Shown here: one piece after another, positions 51,740 through 64,000 of the stretch | How the letters are laid out: each line of letters starts with the position of its first letter | Position numbering within the stretch: the first letter of the stretch is position 1 | Assembly (NCBI RefSeq): GCF_001447785.1 | Contig: NW_015167098.1 | Coordinates: 310,980-374,979 of the forward strand | DNA length: 64,000 nt | Reading direction: 5' to 3' | Source of the DNA: Gekko japonicus | Taxonomy: Eukaryota | Position numbers and translations under genes: made by a program | Notes under the pieces: generated by a model | Databases searched by the model: none | Seen by the model: only the letters and a program-made list of their open reading frames with translations | What the model was told of the DNA's origin: nothing

Positions 51740-52780
51740 GGATTTTCATTCTGGCAGTTTTATTGTCACACCCCCTTCACAACAGACAAGATGCTTACCA
51801 TATTAAGATTACAAGTTTTCACTAAAAAACCCAAAAAAGAAAAACTTTACACAGTCAATGTACAGCTAAGTTGAAAAACTGTCCTTGATGAAAACATACC
51901 TGGAAAGGAAAGCAAATAAAATGTTTTTAGAAAGATTAAAGTCTTCATAATGTGTAATTTTACGAGTTTCAATGTTTCCTGTATTTTTCATTCATTATAG
52001 TATGTTTTAACCTACATAATTAAGGCAAACAGCTAATCCATTTCTGAAGAGGTGCTGTGGAAATTGTGAGCAATTAGCAAACATTTGGCATTAAAATAGG
52101 TAACGCGTATGAAGCTTATAATAATATACATAACGCATTTTTGGGGGACTCTGGGGTAATGACAAGAGGACGAACATGCTAACAATGTCAATAAGGATTA
52201 AAATTCAGCATCCAAGCAGTTTCTAATAATGCTTCTGTACTTCCAAGCTCTAAATAGTATAGGATTTATGCAAATGCATTAAAGAATTATAGCTTGGCAA
52301 ATACACCCAAGCAGGTTATTAAACTATATATACAGAAAGTAAATGATACAGATTTAAGAGTCCTTCAGTTTTTCTTTAGAGTCTTGAAAATGGACAAAAC
52401 TTGAGGACAGTTCTACAATATTAAACATTAGGTAACCACAATAGTTGGGCAACCTAACTACACAAACTGATTAAAATATTCAGATGACTTTGTAGTGTTT
52501 AATACAGTTCGTAGTCAAGGGCACAAGACAACATTGAACAAAAATAATCACATCAATTGACTTAGAAATCAAATGGAAATATAGATATGAATACAATCTC
52601 CAAAACCTGTCTTTAAGTGAACATTAACCATTTATTCAAAGTTGTACAAGAATTTGAAGAATAAAGTCTTCCGCAACATGATGCCTTCTTACAATAATTT
52701 CATCTTGTAGTTGGAATTGAGCGAGGGAGGGTGAAACAAGTTAGTAGGCCCCATCAGGCAGGTAGGAAGTAAAAACAGGT
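51740..52780 (-). other. RAB2A: RAB2A 3'UTR with proximal and distal poly(A) signals
   Basis: Follows the TGA at 52783-52781; minus-strand AATAAA at 52631-52636 and 51759-51764; AT-rich and free of recognisable repeats. The distal end is inferred. Confidence 0.7.
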
Positions 52781-52963
<183 letters not shown>

Positions 52964-53211
52964 TTATGAATAGCTGAAGGAGTAGTCTTATTTTCATGAT
53001 CATCAAAGCAATAAGAAAAAAAATCCTATTAAAATGTCTGATAGCAATTAAGGAAATGAAATCAAGGGTCGGAGGACCCATCTTACTATTTCAGTTTTTA
53101 CACATTTCTATAGACTGCAATTCAGTTATCATGGTCACTATCAATACGTACAGTATGAAATCCTTACAAATGCAGCTGTTGTCCAAGTTGTTTCAAAAGG
53201 AAGAAATCTTT

Positions 53212-53566
53212 TTTTTTTTTAAACCCCGGAGGGATATTTTTATTTTTTCAATAAGACTACAAACTACAAAGAAAAATATAGGAAGGGGAACTACAACTAT
53301 GGATAAAGAAAAGATACCCACACTAACTAAAAACCCAAGAGTGGGAGACCCCCTTTATGTTAAACTTAATATTAGTATTAAAAGAGTTAGTAAAACAATA
53401 TACTTGTAGAGTTCTTGGTTTTCACATTGTTCTGTATTAGTAAATTAGTTATCATGAGAGAACTTTCTGAGCATCTTCTTTATTTCAAAGAGCCATTTAT
53501 CAGAGTCCTTCTGCCCTTACTTCGGCTTTCTGTCTCTAAAATCATATACAGTTTTCATTGCTCCCG
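53212..53566 (-). mobile_element. Short 5'-truncated L1-type retrocopy in the last RAB2A intron
   Basis: 17-bp TSD aaaaggaagaaatcttt (53195-53211 / 53567-53583); poly(A) and AATAAA (53239-53244) on the minus strand. Confidence 0.8.
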
Positions 53567-54704
53567 AAAAGGAAGAAATCTTTAATGTGATCATCAAGAC
53601 AAAAATAATGTTTAGGTTTCTATAATTCTTGCCTGGTAAAAACTTTTCCTCCCTCAACAGTATTTTTCTTTCTACATCAAATCAGCTGTACAGGCTAAGG
53701 GCATACAAGTGTTCTGTGTCATCAATAATTTCTATGATCCCCAAAGACATGGCAAGTTGCCAAGAACCACACACAGAGTAGTTCTCTCATTCATCATACT
53801 CACACTTATATCTTAACCCTCACTCCCTCAAGTGGATTTTACCTAAAATACAGCACTTTAAGGAAAGTAATACAGTAGCTTCAGAAATTAAGCTCTTAAG
53901 GAAACTTTGTGTCACAGTAAATCTCAGATTTATAGTGCTTGGCAGTTCNNNNNNNNNNNNNNNNNNNNNNNNNNNNNNNNNNNNNNNNNNNNNNNNNNNN
54001 NNNNNNNNNNNNNNNNNNNNNNNNNNNNNNNNNNNNNNNNNNNNNNNNNNNNNNNNNNNNNNNNNNNNNNNNNNNNNNNNNNNNNNNNNNNNNNNNNNNN
54101 NNNNNNNNNNNCCAGACTTGGCATCATGCCAAGTAAATAGCATGCACTGTTGGCTCCTGACAGCATATTGCAATCAAATCTCCATAAGATACAGTAAAGC
54201 ACTCAGATATTCTATGAAACTCGACAGATACAAGCATGCTTTTCTAGAGGCCATGATTAGGCCATGATTACTGTCCAATTTATGTGCTATCTATTGCTAA
54301 CCAAACAACACCCAGTTTAAAGTTATTGCATGATATTTTGCTAGTTTAAAAAGGAATTGACATATTGATTCAAAAACCAAAATAGGGCATGCAAAGAACA
54401 GAAGGATTTTCACGAGAATACTTTTACTCTCCCATGCTGGTTTAGTGCTGCTAGTCTTGATGAGGCCCTGCCATGCCTCACTTATATGCATCAAAGTACA
54501 TGCTGCTCCCCACATGCCACCCCATCATACTAAGAAAGTAGCAGTAGAATGTGAGGCCAAGTAGGAGTGCATCTTTGCATTTTGCTTTTCCATGTGGGGA
54601 AGAGGCTAAATCATACCTGTACAAGGCAAGTGTAATAAAACTATGAAAAACAGCAGTAACAGTTTTGTGAAACAACAATCTTTATTTTAAGCTTAGTTTC
54701 CAAG

Positions 54705-54956
54705 TAAGGTTGCCAGATCTTGGTTGGAGCCAGGAGAGGGTGGGGTTTGGGGAGGGCGGGGTTCCAAGTAGGGTTACCAGGTCTGGGTTGGAGCCAGGAA
54801 AGGGCGGGGTTTGGGGAGGGGCCTCAGCATAGTACAATGCCATAGAGTCCACCTTTCAAAGCAGCTATTTTCTCCAGGGGAGCTGATCTCTGTCAGCTGG
54901 AGATCAATTGTGAAAGCGGGAGATCCCCAGGCCCCACCTGGAGGGTGGCAACCCTA
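54705..54956. mobile_element. TAGGGTTGCCA-family hAT MITE with a duplicated left end
   Basis: TAAGGTTGCCA / TGGCAACCCTA; TSD tttccaag (54697-54704) / tttccaat (54957-54964); second left end at about 54768. Confidence 0.85.
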
Positions 54957-55830
54957 TTTCCAATCAACTTTAATAGTAAGATCTACTTTGTTATTTTTTT
55001 ACGGGGTGGCTGTTAATTTTGTGAGTTGAACACGTAATTCAAACAAGCCTTTCCTTGCTACATGGGCAGACTCAAGTTTCAAATGGATGTCTATCACATG
55101 CAAATAGAATTGCTCAATGTATGACAATTTCTCAATTTATGGAAATTTATTAAATGTCTGGCATGTGAAACTGGTAAGTAATCAGATCATGAAAATAAGT
55201 ATGCACCAAAAAGTCATAGGAAGAGACATTCAAAATTATGCAACTGAAGTCACAGCTAAGTTCTGAGTATTTTCTACTCTTTAGATCACAGGGCAAAAGG
55301 AAGCAACTCAGAAAATGAAGTGTCAACGTTATTAAGAGACAGCCTTTTATCACAGTTATAAAATGAACTTGTATGGGATCATACCAACAGCTCCTACTCC
55401 TGATCAGAAGGGACTTTTCTAAGAATAGGTGAATGTGTCTATTCTGCCAGAGACATCAATGGGTGTAAGGCAAAATAAATTCAGTGGGTAAACATGCACA
55501 TTGATACAGAATGCAATCTATTTAATCTGAGAGGCCCAATCAGGCAGTTCCTATCTGACTGAAAAACTGGCATTGTTTCATCATAGCTTTTTGCCTAGTG
55601 AGAAATTAATAGTAAAAAGTTCAATAAACATAGCATGTTATCTGAGTGTTTTACTTTCTTCTGCACAACAGAAGTCTTTCTAAAACTTGATCCCAGGTAC
55701 TTCAAAATGAACATAGAAGTTGTGGCATTTAAAAAAACAATTAAAAAATTGAGGGATTTCTAGAAATTAATAATTTATCATTTTAAACTTAGAATAAGCA
55801 ATAATAAATTCCTGAACCTATTCTGAACCA

Positions 55831-55905
55831 AGATTCAGGTGGGTAGCTGTGTTGGTCTGAAGCAGCAGAATAAAGTTTGGGCCACTGGACTCAAACTTTG
55901 TTCTG
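55831..55905. mobile_element. 75-bp Penelope-like insertion with an internal inversion
   Basis: gtgggtagctgtgttggtctgaag terminus; inverted repeat cagaataaagtttgggcca / tggactcaaactttgttctg; flanking direct repeat ttctgaacca (55821-55830 / 55906-55915). Confidence 0.7.
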
Positions 55906-56771
55906 TTCTGAACCAGCAAGCCAGAGATCTGCTGACCATGGCATGCTGTCATTTCCAATGAAGATATCAAACCAATTAGGAAACTTCAACGACATAAGAC
56001 AGATGTCATCATGCAGTAATGCAAAGCACACATATGAATTCAAGAACTTGTAAATGTAAGCTGTATATACATGTTTTTTAAAATTTGATTTCAATTTTCT
56101 CTCAAAATGGAAAAATACAATTCAAAATTTTGCTTGTAAATACGAGCCAGTGATCTAATAGCCCAATCCTATGTACATTTACTTATAATCAAGTCCTACT
56201 GCCATGTAATTGTGCATAGGATTGCAACCTAAATCCTGATTACAACAATTTTTCAAGTAAGCCCCAGATATTTATTTTATAGCTCATGTGCATCAGGTAC
56301 CTTACTACTGGCTTACCATCTGCAAAACGAAAAGGCATTTTTGAAAATAACTGACATTATGTGGAGAAATGGTTACAAATGCATTTTTCCTTTGAGGGAA
56401 TTTATAAGATTTCATGCTGCTTCATGGATGGCTAAAGTCACTTAATCTCTCTCAACACCAAACAAATATATGTATAAATGGAATCTTATGAACACTGATT
56501 CAGAGCATTTTCAGTTTGTTGTACTAAACCTAGGCAACAATCAACTGGAAAACATGAGGCTGCATTTAAAGTACTGTAGGCAGAGCTTCATTCATAGAAG
56601 GGAACTTTCCTTCCTCCCTACTCCAACTGTATTCTCCGCAACACTGGCCCTGAGTTGGAGGATCCCCCAAACACCACTGGGCACAGTGTAGGGGATCTTG
56701 TAGTGAGAGCTAGGAATGGGCAAAAACAGTTTCCCCTGCTTTCTGCAAGCAGAAAACAAGCTTTAAATCTA

Positions 56772-56984
<213 letters not shown>

Positions 56985-57389
56985 TCAAAAGTACAACAAA
57001 CTACACATTCAGTCTCCCAATCAAGATAGGTTGTAGTATCTCCCAAAGCTGATGGCTTACACTTATTCACTTAAGTGTGTTTGTTGCCCTCTACCAGTAG
57101 TCTTCAACATTTCCAGGGATCCACTAACAGAAGGGGACAGGGAGTCCCATGAAAAGTCATGCAACAGGGCCAGGGAAAGCAAAATTATGACCTCACCACT
57201 GTGAAGGCTGGGACTATGAGCAACATACCAAAGGAGCTAGGGAAGGGAAACACAAGCTAAACACCAGGACGTGTACCATAGTGAGTAAGAAGTTGAGGAT
57301 CAAAGCCATGGAGTGGCCTCACCTCACCATCCTGCTGCTCTTCTCAGCATGCTGAGAGGGGCAGAAAGTCAGGCACCCTTACACAGTTG

Positions 57390-57670
57390 TAGCCAATTTG
57401 GTGTAGTGGTTAAGCGCGTGGACTCTAATCTGGGAGAACCAAGTTTGATTCCCCACTCCTCAACATGCAGCTGCTGGTATGACCTTGAGTCAGTCATAAG
57501 TTCTTTCACAGCTGTTCTCTCAAGGGCAGTTCTCGAAAGAGCTCTCTCAGTCCCACCTACCTCACAGGGTGTCTGTTGTGGCGAGGGGAAGGGAAAGGGA
57601 GTGTAAGCCACTCTGAGACTCCTCTGGGTAGTGAACGGTGGGGTATAAATCCAATCCCCTCTTCTTCTAC
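57390..57670 (+). mobile_element. Full-length Squam3-like SINE
   Basis: gccaatttggtgtagtggttaag head, gtttgattcccc B-box, core block and (CTT)n tail. Confidence 0.88.
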
Positions 57671-58105
57671 AGCAGGTTCTTCCAAAAGGTAACAAAAATA
57701 GCAGTTCTATAGAAGCTAGCAACATAGCCAAAGGGACTCTGTGTTCCATATAAGGGTCCCAGACCAACTGTCCTCTCTCTTGGCAGCTGCTACTGCCTCT
57801 CTTGTGATACACCCTAAGTCCACAGAAGTTTATAGGCTTAGAAGTAAGTAACTTTGCTTCTGTAACTTTAAATTAATGTTATTTGAAATGTCCTTAACAG
57901 CTATGCTCAGAATGGGCAATATCACATCATCACGCTGTGCAAAGGACACAGGTTTCCCATATCCTATGCTCCAGCAGCTCCTTCATACCCAAAGAAAGAA
58001 CATCCTACAGTCACAGGAATAGCCATGTGAGCTGAATGAAGGATGAGGTCACTCATTCTTCCTCTCCAGCACACACAGTTCTGCTGAAGAAAGGATTTAA
58101 CTTCA

Positions 58106-58146
58106 TTCCCTTGTTCAGCCTTACTTCCCTTGTTCAGCCTTACTTC
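58106..58146. repeat. 19-bp tandem duplication
   Basis: ttcccttgttcagccttac occurs twice. Confidence 0.85.
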
Positions 58147-61093
58147 AGCACACTGATTGGAAGTCAGAATGGGGTGCAGAAATGAAAAGGGATATGGGAC
58201 ATCTTCTATGCAATGACAACTCACACCATTGTAATCTGTACAACATGGAACAGCCTGCCCAACAGAAATAGAATAATAAGAGCAGAAATCCCTTCTTCCC
58301 TTGCTTTCCACTAAAAAATTATGTTGAATGGACACTGATTCTCTAAAGCACACTTGTGGTTTTGTTGTTGTTTTTGAGGTTTGCAAAACTTAAAAGCCAG
58401 CCTGAACATAGGGAGAGATGGAAACCTAAACATTCCAGGATAAAAGAAGTCTGGTTTTGCTGATGCAAGCTTGCCTCTATCACTATCTTCTAAGACAGCA
58501 CTTTTTTTGCATTTAGAGTTCAAGAAGATTACATGAAGTTTCAGCTTTGACGCAGAAATCCTTACTCCAATGAGCAGCAGCAGGTTGTTATTATTTAGTG
58601 CTAAGGGAAAAGATTTCTGCATTTGCTCGCTGTCACTTGCCTTATTATCATTACTAACAATTTTAGAGGCAGATCATAGCACTGAAAGAAGTTCTGTGAC
58701 TGTACCCACACAAAATCAAACTGCTTTGCTTTCAAGGAAGACTAGGGAAGGGAAGACTTTGCTTTCAAGGAAACATAAAAAAAGGAGGAGAGAAATACAT
58801 TTTTAAAAAAGAGATAGTGGCAGAAGAGACTGTAAATTAAGAGGAATAAAAAATGGGAGGAGAAAAAGTGGAGGAGACAAGGAATGCACTTTTGGGTGTA
58901 AAACGTCAGGCAAAGAAAACAATCATAAAGAAACTAAAGAATAGTATAGTGTTTAGATGACATAATAAAGCGTAAGGAGGAGAACTGTGTGAGGAAAAAG
59001 AATGAATGTAGGCAGCCATGACCCACATTTCTTAATGCAATACAAGAGGAGACCTCCCAACCGAACTTTCTGCCCTCTTCAACAATCCAGGTGGCTTACC
59101 AGGCCCATCTTTTTAACTTGTCAGTGGCTACTGGATGCTTGGACTTTTATCCTGTTGCTTCCTAAGTATATCTGCTTTTAAAAATCTTTTTACAGTTTAG
59201 CATTATTTTTACACAATAATGCTATTTTTAGCATTATGTGCTATAGAAAGTTGGCTACAAACTATTCTTGGTGCACGCAACTGAATGTCTGAAGGAAAGT
59301 GACAGAACTTTGATACTCCTGGTTCCATTGCCTAAAACACAGATATATGCAACAGGGCAAGTAGTACATTGCAGTCAATTGTTTCATCCTAGTCTTTACA
59401 CCTTTCAACACTTTAATGATTAATCTAATGGGAACTTTATTCAGTACAGCACAGAACAACAAGAGACAAAGCACTATAATCCACACAATAATCCACCGAT
59501 AACCTGGAAAATTCTTCCTTAAGTGATCTAAAATTCTTACAATTCATACTGCAGAATGTACCAGATGGTGCCTTTAATGCTTTGAGAATTTAACAATGTA
59601 AACAAGGTAAGATGAACAGGTTTTTTGTGTTTGTAAAGTAGTTTCTCACTTAAGGAAAGATACTAAAACCCTTCTTCCAATGAACCCAAAAGATTGAGAA
59701 AGTTCTCCCACAAGTACAAGAACACATTCTTATTTAGTTTCACACAATTCTCTACTGTGCCTCCATCAGTAGAAATGTATCTTCTGGAAGGGTATGCTTA
59801 AATACAATCCAATGCACTCTGAGAACTGGTGTCATAACAAAAGCAAAAAGGCCCCCAAAATGAAGAATAATACACTAGAATTTAGGGTATGACTACATAG
59901 TAGATCTCTGACACCACACAGTGCATTTTGCTTGTCTAGTATGGAAACTTATTATGGACACCCTGAATAGCAAACTCTTGCAATGAACCCTGTTTAAGAT
60001 CTGGGTGTTCAAATTCTTTTGTTTTAAAGTTACTTTTATATTTATGATTACAACACAAATACCATCTACGTATTTCACAGATGCACAAGAGGCATGGCCA
60101 CATCCAATGTGTAATTTCTGTACTTTTGGAGTACTATGTCTTCCTACATACACAGAACCAAGTTTGTGTTGACTTTATCACCCAAATCTTCCCTGTTCCT
60201 CGTACTTAATCATCAACATCAAAAAAGCTGAATTTCATACTTTCCCTTTTGATGGAATTAAGACTAAACTAGCATGATGCATTTAAATTCAATAGAAAGC
60301 CAACATTTCCACTTAAAAATAAGTTATTTTCCCAACATTAAACAGCTTTTAAAATGTTCTAACATGAAAATATTGACCTTGCTCATGATGCAATAGTTTC
60401 CCCCTGAAGTTTTAAGATGTCTTCAAATGCACAGAAAACACTTTTATTAAAAAAATAGGATCAATAATATATAAACAAATTAATAGTCAACACAAAATCT
60501 TGAAAGACAATATACAACATAATTTTTAGTGACAGTAAAGCCAACATTGCAAATGAAGTTCTCTTGATGTACCAACTCTTTCCAATCATCAACTCAAGCT
60601 TACCACGCCTGGTCACATACCTAATCCAAATATTAAAAAGTAAACAGGGTTCATGGAGAGGAACAAATCATACCTTTCCTCATTTCTACACTGGAAGCAT
60701 TTGACTGCTGAACTTGCCACCAGAGCTTTGTTTCCTAATTAACAGGACTGATATGTTTTCACCTTTAAAGGCCTTACAGCTCCCTAGAGTAATCAATCTA
60801 CTGCAGCTCAATTACTGCACCAAGTGCATACCACAGCCAGTGAAGGAGACTTGAACAACTGCAGCCNNNNNNNNNNNNNNNNNNNNNNNNNNNNNNNNNN
60901 NNNNNNNNNNNNNNNNNNNNNNNNNNNNNNNNNNNNNNNNNNNNNNNNNNNNNNNNNNNNNNNNNNNNNNNNNNNNNNNNNNNNNNNNNNNNNNNNNNNN
61001 NNNNNNTCAAACGTGCACTGGAGCTCAGAAATTGGCTTTCAGCCAACTCTGAATTGATTTGCATTCCTCAGAAATGGAAGTTTTCAATGTTTT

Positions 61094-61172
61094 ACACACA
61101 CACACACACATATATATATACACACACACATATATAGAGATATAGATATAGATATACACATACATATACACA
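61094..61172. repeat. Compound (CA)n/(TA)n microsatellite
   Basis: Seen directly in the sequence. Confidence 0.9.
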
Positions 61173-62774
61173 GATGCTTCTGATAATACACCAGTTCTGC
61201 CAGAGCAACTAAAAACTACCATCATAACTTTGGAACTTCATACCATTGTGATTTCAGGTGTGACAATCTATTTTGTTCCCATTAAACATGTATATTAAAC
61301 AGAACACAAAATCCTTAAATCGTGTTATGATAACTTCATACAATCACTTAAGTGCTACCACATTAAATGCTATACAACCATTACTGCAGAAGGTTTGCAA
61401 GTTCATTTTATAGAGCCCAGCCTATGAAAGTACCTTTTCTGATACAGGCATTAAATCTAACAAAACCCCAGGTATGGCATTATTTAGACAATTGTTAAGG
61501 AAAGCACGGGTGACAGATAAGACTGTACTCTAGCATCTAGAAAGACCTCCTTGGAGCCCCATCTTTATAGGAGTTCCTTTTCTACAAGAGAAAAATGTTC
61601 TATATGCATTTGAAAGAACAGGAACATTCTGCAGGTGCAGAGCTCTATAAAACATAAAACCCTTCAATAATGTTAACAAACATGGTAATAACTGTATATG
61701 CAGGGATCCACAATGCTCATAGGGGGGATCCCATCCTCCCCACCATTTGCTCATCGGAACAGTTGCCAGCCCGCCCACTCACCAGCAGTGCCACCAACTC
61801 TATCCGCCTGGCCTCCATGGCAGCTGCTCTTGCTCCCGTTTAGCTATGCGGGGAGCCACTCCTCCTTGCTTGCCTGGTGCAGAGGTAATCCTTGCTCCTC
61901 CACCTGCCTACCTGCCTCATGCAGCTGCAACTCCAGCTGCCCCCTCCCCTCCCTCTGCTTGCTCAGTCCACCAGCTGATGGTTCCTGCTCCTCCCTCTTC
62001 CATCCCACAGGAACACTCCTATATATTGCCTGTACAAGGGCAGACAACACCCCTCACTTGGGGGATCATTTGGGGGGCATTCACATTTTTCTACAAATGT
62101 GGCCCCATTCTCTGGGCCTATCGATCCACATGGTGACCAGGTTCAGCATTAAATACAGGATTATTCCACATTACATTATTTACTTTATAGTCTGCCTTTC
62201 TCACTGAGAGTCAAGGCTACAACTACTTCCCTATAAGTAGAAACACAAAACATGCTTATGAGTAATTTTTACATGACATGCAGAATTACTAGCCTCAATT
62301 CTATGGAATGCCATTTCAGTGTCTGCATTTCATGAAGGTAATACTGTTAATCTTTTTCTCTGATACTTACTGAAAAAAAAGGAATTTCTGTCAGCTAGGA
62401 ATTTATTTTAAACTATTAAAATATTCTTCAACTCATTTTCACCTCACATTCTAGTACCAATGATGGCTCTCAACCAAAGCATTTGTGAAGGGGCCATGGG
62501 TCAATGGTAGAGCATTTGCTTGTTAAAAGACTTCAGGTGGCAAAGTTGAGAAAGACCTGTCTTTGACAGCTACTGCCACAGACAACACACAGTATCCAGT
62601 TAGATAGCTCAGTATAAACCAGCCTTATAAAACTGTATGTTCTTCCTTGAAATCAAGATTCCAGGATATTTGTTATATTGCAGTTTAGTTAAAATAATCT
62701 TGCAACTGAAGTGCTGGACTGAAGCGGCAAAATATGAAATTATTTCTTTTAACAGGATTTTTTTTGGGGGGGGG

Positions 62775-62879
62775 GCTATCAAGTCACAGCCCATTTATGG
62801 CAACCTCTTATGGATTTCAAGGCAAGCTAAGCTTCCCAGATCTGATGAGATCGGGCTAGCCTGGGCGGTCAGGGCAAGG
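62775..62879 (-). mobile_element. Internally deleted 5S-headed SINE
   Basis: agcttcccagatctgatgagatcgggctagcctgggcggtcagggc is an antisense 5S-like head. Confidence 0.6.
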
Positions 62880-63088
62880 AATGGTACTTGCCTTATTTTT
62901 TCAGAATGGTAAGATATGATTGTTGGGACTGGCTAACTTATTAACATTTATCAGGATAAATTTTATTTAATTGCAAGCTCAAGAAAAATCAGACTACTTG
63001 CCATCTATCTTCTATACTATATAAAAATGAAAAACTCGTTGCATAACATTGAAACATTTCGGTGCCTGAATTTTCTCTTCGTGTAACA

Positions 63089-63108
63089 TGCTGCCACCTG
63101 GTGGCTGC
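63089..63108 (-). promoter_or_regulatory. Strong CTCF-like motif in a RAB2A intron
   Basis: Minus strand CAGCCACCAGGTGGCAGCA fits the CTCF core CCASYAGRKGGCRS and lies in AT-rich unique DNA. Confidence 0.55.
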
Positions 63109-63557
63109 AATTTATTATTGTTAATTTAGATGCATAACTGGTCAGAATGTGAAATGTTACATTTTATATTTCATACTACATTTTAAAGAATATTTTTCTT
63201 AGTCAATAAGTATAATTAGGAATTGGAACTCAGGACACAGTAAAAGATTGGCAGGACTTCAGTACTGCTGAAACTGTTTCAATAATCTTGCCCTGTGATC
63301 TCAAATAAACAGATGTCAAAATGGACAGAGATGGGGGTACAAGGCATCTGGAGGAGAGAGTAAGACTTCCAGGATGGATGAAAATTCTACAGCAAGTAGA
63401 CTTCCTTCCAGCAGGAAGAGTTTAGTGTTGGCAACTTAAAAGGCTATGTTAACTGCGGAAGCCACAGAGAGGCAAGGAATACCTAGGAGTTTCTGGTCAA
63501 AGCAGTTCCACTCCAACATGTCTGTAACTCTAGATGCCTTTTCTATACTAGCTAGAG

Positions 63558-63982
63558 CAAGGGTGTCAAACATGTGGCCCGGGGGCCAGATCAGGCCCCT
63601 GGAGGGCTTCTATCAGACCCGCAGTGGAACTGGCTGTCTTCTGCTTCTTTTTCCAGTTTTGCTGCATCATCACAGGTTTGCAGCTTACAGATACACATCT
63701 GAACAGCATACTCAAGATTGCAACAGCACAGACATTTTGATGCAATAATTCAGAGCAAGAGGTGTCAGTTAATCAGACACTGTTAAATAAACAAAATATT
63801 GTAAGAGTGCTGTTGTTTTAAGCATGTTTTTATTTTAAGTTTTAAAAATCCCTTTGTGTGTCCTTTATAAAGTTTGTATCTCCATTACCTGGCATTACAT
63901 TTTATGACACACATGGCCCGGCCCAACAAGGTCTCATTTATGTCAGATCTGGCCCTCATAACAAATGAGTTCGACACCCCTG
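63558..63982 (+). mobile_element. hAT MITE of the GGGGTGTCAAAC family
   Basis: TIRs CAAGGGTGTCAAAC / GTTCGACACCCCTG; perfect TSD agctagag (63550-63557 / 63983-63990). Confidence 0.92.
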
Positions 63983-64000
63983 AGCTAGAGAGCCAGTTTG

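Noticed and set aside
57390-57465. tRNA gene
   Set aside because: It is the tRNA-derived head of a SINE, continuous with the SINE body and lacking a proper cloverleaf and terminator.
60674-60735. Upstream RAB2A exon (minus tgcttccagtgtagaa resembles ..ASNVE, followed by AG|gtatga)
   Set aside because: The rest does not encode the expected GLIFMETSAK motif and the acceptor is weak; the true upstream exon appears to lie outside the window.
61690-62140. GC-rich block with 129-169 aa ORFs
   Set aside because: Low-complexity translation, CpG-depleted, probably a decayed repeat; no termini or domain identified. The block at 5660-6150 was set aside for similar reasons.

Overview
Vertebrate genomic DNA, most likely a squamate and probably a gecko (Sauria SINEs, Squam3-like tRNA SINEs, 5S-headed SINEs, RTE-BovB, CR1, L1, L2, many hAT MITEs). 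The only host coding sequence I can support is the 3' end of RAB2A on the minus strand: a 69-nt exon at 56862-56930 and the terminal exon at 52781-52876, ending in the ..GGGCC prenylation motif, followed by a 3'UTR with two poly(A) signals. A large CpG island at about 29.1-31.4 kb holds a minus-strand non-coding first exon with a perfect donor. From the known RAB2A-CHD7 synteny this is most likely CHD7 exon 1, so positions 1 to about 30 kb would be CHD7 intron 1; no CHD7 coding exon lies in the window. A second, orphan CpG-island promoter sits at about 41-42.3 kb. Nearly all ORFs in the supplied track are spurious or transposon-derived. I found no clearly new multi-gene system. The best leads are a tandem pair of Penelope-type minimal hammerhead ribozyme motifs inside a hAT MITE, three substitutions in a normally near-invariant RAB2A exon near an assembly gap, the orphan promoter, and a MITE with an internal array of alternating hairpins. 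There are four N-gaps (29671-30108, 44727-44750, 53949-54111, 60867-61006). Repeat family names come from my recognition of the sequence, not from a database search.
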